A stretch of DNA of 60,223 bases, counting the filler. It is 7 parts of 7 records of this genome, joined end to end, with 100 filler letters (N's around TTAATTAATTAA, not from the genome) between each part and the next. Parts side by side here need not be neighbours in the genome. Positions count along the whole stretch, not along the records: positions 50,758 to 60,223 come from SRR2962707_3450; 6 more parts are not named here. One strand, given 5' to 3'. The number at the start of each line of letters is the position of its first letter. Position 1 is the stretch's first letter. Of this stretch, positions 55,598 through 60,223 are shown piece after piece. The translations under genes were made by a program, and so were the position numbers. The notes under the pieces were generated by a model. That model saw nothing but the letters and a program-made list of their open reading frames with translations, had not been told where the DNA came from and made no database searches.

Positions 55598-57331
55598 GTG
55601 AATATTCAAACCCTTCTGAATCAACGTATTCAAGCGGCAATGGTCGCAGCTGGTGCGCCTGATGGCTCTCCAGCGCTTGTTCGCCAATCTGCTAAAGTGC
55701 AATTCGGTGACTACCAAGCCAATGGCATTATGGGCGTTGCTAAAGCGCTAAAAACCAATCCTCGTGAATTAGCACAAGTGGTTATTGATAAACTGGACCT
55801 GTCTGATGTGGCAGAGAAAGTGGAAATTGCTGGGCCTGGTTTTATTAATGTCTTCCTGAAAAATGTTTGGTTGGGCAAAGAATTAGCCGAGCTACGCAGC
55901 AGCGATCATCTCGACATTGATAAAGTAGACTCTCCAGAAGTTGTGGTCGTGGATTACTCTTCTCCAAACTTGGCGAAAGAAATGCACGTGGGTCACCTTC
56001 GTTCGACCGTGATTGGCGATGCGGTTGTGCGCACCTTGGAGTTTCTAGGTCACACTGTCGTGCGTCAAAACCATGTGGGTGATTGGGGTACACAGTTTGG
56101 TATGTTGCTGGCGTACATGGAGCGTCTGCGTGCTGAGAACTCTGAAATCAGCATGGCATTGTCTGATCTTGAGACCTTCTACCGCGCTGCTAAAACGTGT
56201 TTTGATGACGACGAAGCGTTTGCTAAACGAGCCCGTGAACTTGTGGTTGAATTGCAGTCAGGTAACGAAGATTGCTTGGCATTGTGGGATGAGTTTATCA
56301 ATATCTCGTTAACCCACTGTGAAGAAACCTACAAAATGTTGGGTGTTTCTTTAGAGCGTCAACATGTGATGCCAGAAAGTGCCTATAACGATGATTTGGT
56401 AAATGTGGTGAATGACCTGCAAGAGCTGGGCTTGTTGAAAGAGTCGAATGGCGCACAGTGTGTGTTCATGGACGAATTCGCCAATAAAGACGGTGAAATC
56501 ACGCCTGTGATCGTACAGAAAACAGGAGGCGGCTTCTTGTACGCGACGACGGATTTGGCCGCGGTACGTTTCCGTCAGCACACCTTAAATGCAGACCGTG
56601 TGTTGTACTTTGTAGACGCTCGTCAGTCATTGCACTTCCAACAGATTTTCACCTTGTCGCGTAAAGCGGGTTTTGTAAAACCTGAAACGCGATTGGAACA
56701 CATGCCGTTTGGTACCGTTATGGGCAGCGATGGCAAGCCGTTTAAAACGCGTTCTGGTGGTGTGGCAAAATTGTCTGCGTTACTAGAAGAAGCGCAAGAA
56801 CGTGCTTATCAGTTAGTGGCGTCTAAAAACCCAGACATGAGCGAAGAAGAGTTGCGTAACATTGGTCGTGTGGTGGGTATTTCTTCTGTGAAATACGCCG
56901 ATTTATCAAAAAACCGCACCAGTGATTATGTATTCAACTGGGACTCTATGTTGAGTTTTGAAGGCAATACAGCGCCTTATTTGTTGTATGCCTACTCACG
57001 AATTGCCAGTATCGTTAAACGCTCTGAGATCGATGTAGAGAGCCTAACAGGTGACATTGCCATCGTCGAAGCGCAAGAGCGAGCTTTGGCTATGAAGTTG
57101 TGCCAATTTGAAGAAGCCGTGCAACAGGTTGCCAACGACGGTATGCCGCATTTCTTATGTGCTTACTTATATGACTTGGCTGGTACTTTCATGACTTTCT
57201 ACGAAGCGTGTCCAATCCTGAACGCAGAAGACAGCGTGAAAAACAGCCGTTTGCAATTGTCCTTAAATACGGCGGCTACCTTGAAGCAAGGTTTGGCTTT
57301 GCTGGGCATTGAAACGCTAGAACGCATGTAA
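55598..57331 (+). CDS. argS: Arginine--tRNA ligase
   Basis: [49 protein letters not shown], terminal ERM. Confidence 0.98.
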   Translation: MNIQTLLNQRIQAAMVAAGAPDGSPALVRQSAKVQFGDYQANGIMGVAKALKTNPRELAQVVIDKLDLSDVAEKVEIAGPGFINVFLKNVWLGKELAELRSSDHLDIDKVDSPEVVVVDYSSPNLAKEMHVGHLRSTVIGDAVVRTLEFLGHTVVRQNHVGDWGTQFGMLLAYMERLRAENSEISMALSDLETFYRAAKTCFDDDEAFAKRARELVVELQSGNEDCLALWDEFINISLTHCEETYKMLGVSLERQHVMPESAYNDDLVNVVNDLQELGLLKESNGAQCVFMDEFANKDGEITPVIVQKTGGGFLYATTDLAAVRFRQHTLNADRVLYFVDARQSLHFQQIFTLSRKAGFVKPETRLEHMPFGTVMGSDGKPFKTRSGGVAKLSALLEEAQERAYQLVASKNPDMSEEELRNIGRVVGISSVKYADLSKNRTSDYVFNWDSMLSFEGNTAPYLLYAYSRIASIVKRSEIDVESLTGDIAIVEAQERALAMKLCQFEEAVQQVANDGMPHFLCAYLYDLAGTFMTFYEACPILNAEDSVKNSRLQLSLNTAATLKQGLALLGIETLERM

Positions 57332-57395
57332 TGTTCGCGAGGCTCTTGTCTAATCGGTAAATGGTTTCATCAGTAAATGGTTTAATCGATAAGCG

Positions 57396-57429
57396 AAAGG
57401 CGCTACCTTCTTAGGTCAGCGCCTTTTTT
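57396..57429 (+). terminator. Intrinsic terminator after argS
   Basis: AAAGGCGCT...AGCGCCTTTTTT. Confidence 0.8.
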
Positions 57430-57499
57430 ATTTTTTAAAGAGAGCGAAGACAATAAGAGACGAATAAAAAGCACATTAATCGAGGAATGGAAGAAGTCT

Positions 57500-58480
57500 A
57501 TGAAAATCTATATCGCAAACACAGGTGGTGTGATGGGGATGATGCCATCAGACAAGGGACTGGTGCCTAATGATGCTTTTGCAGGACAACTCGCCGCACA
57601 GCTCCAGACGGCGGATCTTGATCATGATTTTGTTGTAGAGAGCTATGACAATCTTATGGCTGGCGCGAATGTGACGCCGAAAGATTGGCAGAACATTGCG
57701 CGTGATATAGAAAGTAAATGGGAAGATTTCGATGCGTTTATTGTGCTGCATGGCACAGACTCCATGGCGTATACGGCGGCGGCCTTGTTCTACATGATTG
57801 CCCCGAGTAAAAAGCCGATCATAGTCACCGGGTCTCAAGTGCCCATGTCTCAAGCACGCAGCGATGCGATGAATAATGTGTTGGGTGCTATTTCGGCGTG
57901 TGAGGCGGCGTTAAAAGGCGTGTTTTTGTTTTTTGGTAACCGCTTGATCGATGGCGATCGTGCCCATCAATCACACATCGGCACTTGGCAAGCTTTTCGT
58001 TCGGTTAACGCGCTTGAATACGGGGTTTTAGAATCCGACTGGAAATGGCGAGACAGCAGTTTTGCCCAGTTACTTATTAAGCCGCCGATGAAAATCCGCA
58101 TTCCGAACATGGAGGACGGAGCCGTCACTATCTTGCCGGTTTTCCCTGGAGTACAAGCGCTTCATTGGCAAGGTCTGCTCAATGACAAGGTGAAAGGAGC
58201 CGTGTTGTTAAGCTACGGTGCTGGCACTGTGCCCGAGAATGATCAAGCGCTGCTTGAGGTGTTAAAAAATGCTGTCGATCAAGGCGTCGTGATTGTGAAG
58301 GTCAGCCAGTGTGGTTCGGGCCGTGTTGCTGATAATGATGATAAAGACACATTAGGCCTTGCCAAAACAGGCGTTATCTCAGGCAAAGACATGACCTATG
58401 AAGCGGTGTTTGCGCGTTTGCATTTTTTGATCGGGTTAGGCTTAGACAGCCGCGAAATAAAAGGCGTATTTAACCGCTAA
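57500..58480 (+). CDS. Type I asparaginase-fold protein with a degenerate active site
   Basis: HGTDSMAYTA, KPIIVTGSQ, YGAG and DMT.EA motifs, but TGGV in place of TGGT and Q at the catalytic Lys position. Confidence 0.85.
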   Translation: MKIYIANTGGVMGMMPSDKGLVPNDAFAGQLAAQLQTADLDHDFVVESYDNLMAGANVTPKDWQNIARDIESKWEDFDAFIVLHGTDSMAYTAAALFYMIAPSKKPIIVTGSQVPMSQARSDAMNNVLGAISACEAALKGVFLFFGNRLIDGDRAHQSHIGTWQAFRSVNALEYGVLESDWKWRDSSFAQLLIKPPMKIRIPNMEDGAVTILPVFPGVQALHWQGLLNDKVKGAVLLSYGAGTVPENDQALLEVLKNAVDQGVVIVKVSQCGSGRVADNDDKDTLGLAKTGVISGKDMTYEAVFARLHFLIGLGLDSREIKGVFNR

Positions 58481-58527
58481 GTTTCTGCAAGGAAGCGATT
58501 TTTTATAAATGGAAGAAAGGAAAGGGA

Positions 58528-59385
58528 ATGGCGCTGCTCTCTATGCTCTTGGTGTTGATTTGGTCTGCTGGGTTTATTACTGGCAAGCTGATCGTTGGTC
58601 AAATTGATCCGAATGTATTTTTGAGCCTTCGCTTTCTTTGTGCAGGCTTGTTGTTTCTGACGATTGCTTTGCTGCTGCGTCGGCCCTTTCCAAGCTGGAA
58701 AGATCTGCCTAAGCACATTATTGCAGGCATGCTGATGAATGGCTTTTATCTTGGCTTTGCCTATGTGGCGATCGCCAAAGGTTTGCCCGCCGGTATGATG
58801 GCGTTAATTGGCGCATTACAGCCTGCGCTGGTGATGGTATTAGCGTTTCTGCTGATCAAAGAGAAAACCTCGGCAAGAGGGATGGTAGGTATCTTTGTTG
58901 GCATGTTTGGTTTGCTGCTGGTGGTAAGCCCTGCATTGGAACTGGACGCTAACCAGGGCGGTGTTTCAATCTGGACCTTGTTGTTGGGCTGCATTGCGGT
59001 TGTGGCGCTTTCTGTGGGTGTGACCTATCAAAAAATGTCGATTTCCTCTTCTGATATTTTTAGCTCAATGGCGATTCAAAATTTCGGTGCCAGCGTGGTG
59101 TCCTGTGGCTTTATGCTGTTCCTCGGGGAAAGTGTTTTTGTCATGGAGTGGCAATCTTTTGCACTGGTTGCTTGGGGCGTTGTGGTGCTGTCGGGGGGCG
59201 GTGTGTTCTTGATGGTCTGGCTATTGCGAAGAAGTCGAGCATCGCAGGTGTCGGCGTTTTTATTGCTGGCGCCACCTCTAGCGGCCATCGAAAGCTATTT
59301 TCTGTTTGATGAGACCATGACGCTGATTCAGCTATTGGGTTTTGTGGTGACCATTGCTGGGGTGTATTTAAGTCGGAAGGCGTGA
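58528..59385 (+). CDS. DMT/EamA family exporter
   Basis: IWSAGF, LRF, ALIGALQP, about 10 TM helices, LFDE. Confidence 0.92.
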   Translation: MALLSMLLVLIWSAGFITGKLIVGQIDPNVFLSLRFLCAGLLFLTIALLLRRPFPSWKDLPKHIIAGMLMNGFYLGFAYVAIAKGLPAGMMALIGALQPALVMVLAFLLIKEKTSARGMVGIFVGMFGLLLVVSPALELDANQGGVSIWTLLLGCIAVVALSVGVTYQKMSISSSDIFSSMAIQNFGASVVSCGFMLFLGESVFVMEWQSFALVAWGVVVLSGGGVFLMVWLLRRSRASQVSAFLLLAPPLAAIESYFLFDETMTLIQLLGFVVTIAGVYLSRKA

Positions 59386-59463
59386 GCAGGAGAACGCTTA
59401 CGCCCAGAGCCTAAGCGTTTTTGTTGTAGGTGACGTGTGCCCTATGAGGCATCCGCTAACGCG

Positions 59464-60090
59464 TTACTGTGCGTGTTTACGCGCCATAATACGCAGTTTG
59501 GCTTCGGCGCGATCCAGTGACGTACCAAAACGTTCAATGTCGTCGACTAGGGTGTCGAATTCCACTTTGCTGGGCAATAATTGGCTGTTCGTTTGTAGGT
59601 GTTGAACGAGCTGTAACTGCAAGCTGGTGGCGGTTTCTTTGCTCCAAGACCATTGCTTGCGCAATAGGCGAGCGAGCGCAGACGCAGGGAGATCACCGAT
59701 GTAATCAGCCAGTAACCCTTCCCAATCCAACTCAAAGTTTTCCATCACTTTATGCAATGTCATTAGCGCTTGTGCATTGCCTTGAATGCGTAAATCGCCA
59801 TCAAAAAAACCGTCGCCTTCAAGTAGCTTGCGATAGGCGGAACTCGGGCCTTGGACGAGCGTGTCCAAGCGTGGATCAAGTTCCACTTCGTCAAGGCTTT
59901 CTGGACGATGCAGCATCACGCCTACTTCAAGAATGTGAACCTGTAGAATCAGAGAAAAGTCTTCGATATACAGAAAAACCTGCTGACCAGCCAATTTACT
60001 AAGACGCGCTTGTGAAGGATTATCTTGCTTAAGGGCAAGGTTAATAGCGTGTTCAATCGCGCTAATAGCAGACAGGCTAAGGGAGCTCAT
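59464..60090 (-). CDS. ubiJ: Ubiquinone biosynthesis accessory factor UbiJ (SCP2 domain)
   Basis: IN.AL..D...RL..LAG, LRIQG, LDWE.LLA..IGD, C-terminal coiled coil. Confidence 0.8.
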   Translation of the reverse strand: MSSLSLSAISAIEHAINLALKQDNPSQARLSKLAGQQVFLYIEDFSLILQVHILEVGVMLHRPESLDEVELDPRLDTLVQGPSSAYRKLLEGDGFFDGDLRIQGNAQALMTLHKVMENFELDWEGLLADYIGDLPASALARLLRKQWSWSKETATSLQLQLVQHLQTNSQLLPSKVEFDTLVDDIERFGTSLDRAEAKLRIMARKHAQ

Positions 60091-60150
60091 GTTAATTCCT
60101 AATGGTATGAAGCGATGCTGGTTGAAAGCTTAGATGCGAAAAGTGTGCGC

Positions 60151-60223
60151 TTAAAGCTGATGCAACTGGATGACGGAAGTGTCCCGCGTCTGACCTTCTT
60201 TTTCAAGGCGATCTAGGTACATT
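60151..60223 (-). CDS. Possible 3' end of an unidentified gene upstream of ubiJ
   Basis: Open frame from window edge: MYLDRLEKEGQTRDTSVIQLHQL*. Confidence 0.3.
   Translation of the reverse strand, partial: MYLDRLEKEGQTRDTSVIQLHQL

Overview
This window is not one locus. It is seven unrelated contigs joined by identical artificial 100-nt linkers (44 N + TTAATTAATTAA + 44 N), so gene neighbourhoods cannot be read across the linkers. (1) 1-5607, alphaproteobacterial-like: an Opp/Dpp-type ABC transporter and a CocE/NonD hydrolase face a thioesterase plus alpha/beta hydrolase pair that resembles carnitine-catabolic cdhB-hocS. (2) 5708-14360, high-GC gammaproteobacterium (Alcanivorax-like): hisBHAF, yaiI, a REP, arfB, a secreted MORN/YwqK-like protein, a BASS symporter and a sigma54/NtrC-type nitrate transporter-nirB operon. 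(3) 14461-26579, eukaryotic: an intron-containing DNAH6-like axonemal dynein heavy chain. (4) 26680-35382, Rhizobiales-like: recA, alaS, dedA, icd, an aminotransferase, a TrmJ-family methylase, murI, a structured leader and the first codons of rpsD. (5) 35483-41837, Rhodobacteraceae-like malonate cluster: GntR/MatR, TRAP transporter, matA, matB. (6) 41938-50657, eukaryotic: prohibitin, a saccharopine-dehydrogenase-like oxidoreductase, RAD51B and an orphan coiled-coil gene, all spliced. (7) 50758-60223, Marinomonas-like: fbp, zntB, rpiA, ilvA, argS, an asparaginase-fold protein, a DMT exporter and ubiJ. Most content is housekeeping and I see no clear large novel system. The best leads are an asparaginase homologue lacking two catalytic residues next to an EamA exporter, a candidate S4 (rpsD) RNA leader, a possible betaine/acylcarnitine-ester cluster, and protist genes that a plain ORF scan fragments. 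Taxonomic labels are inferences from protein style and gene order, not database results.
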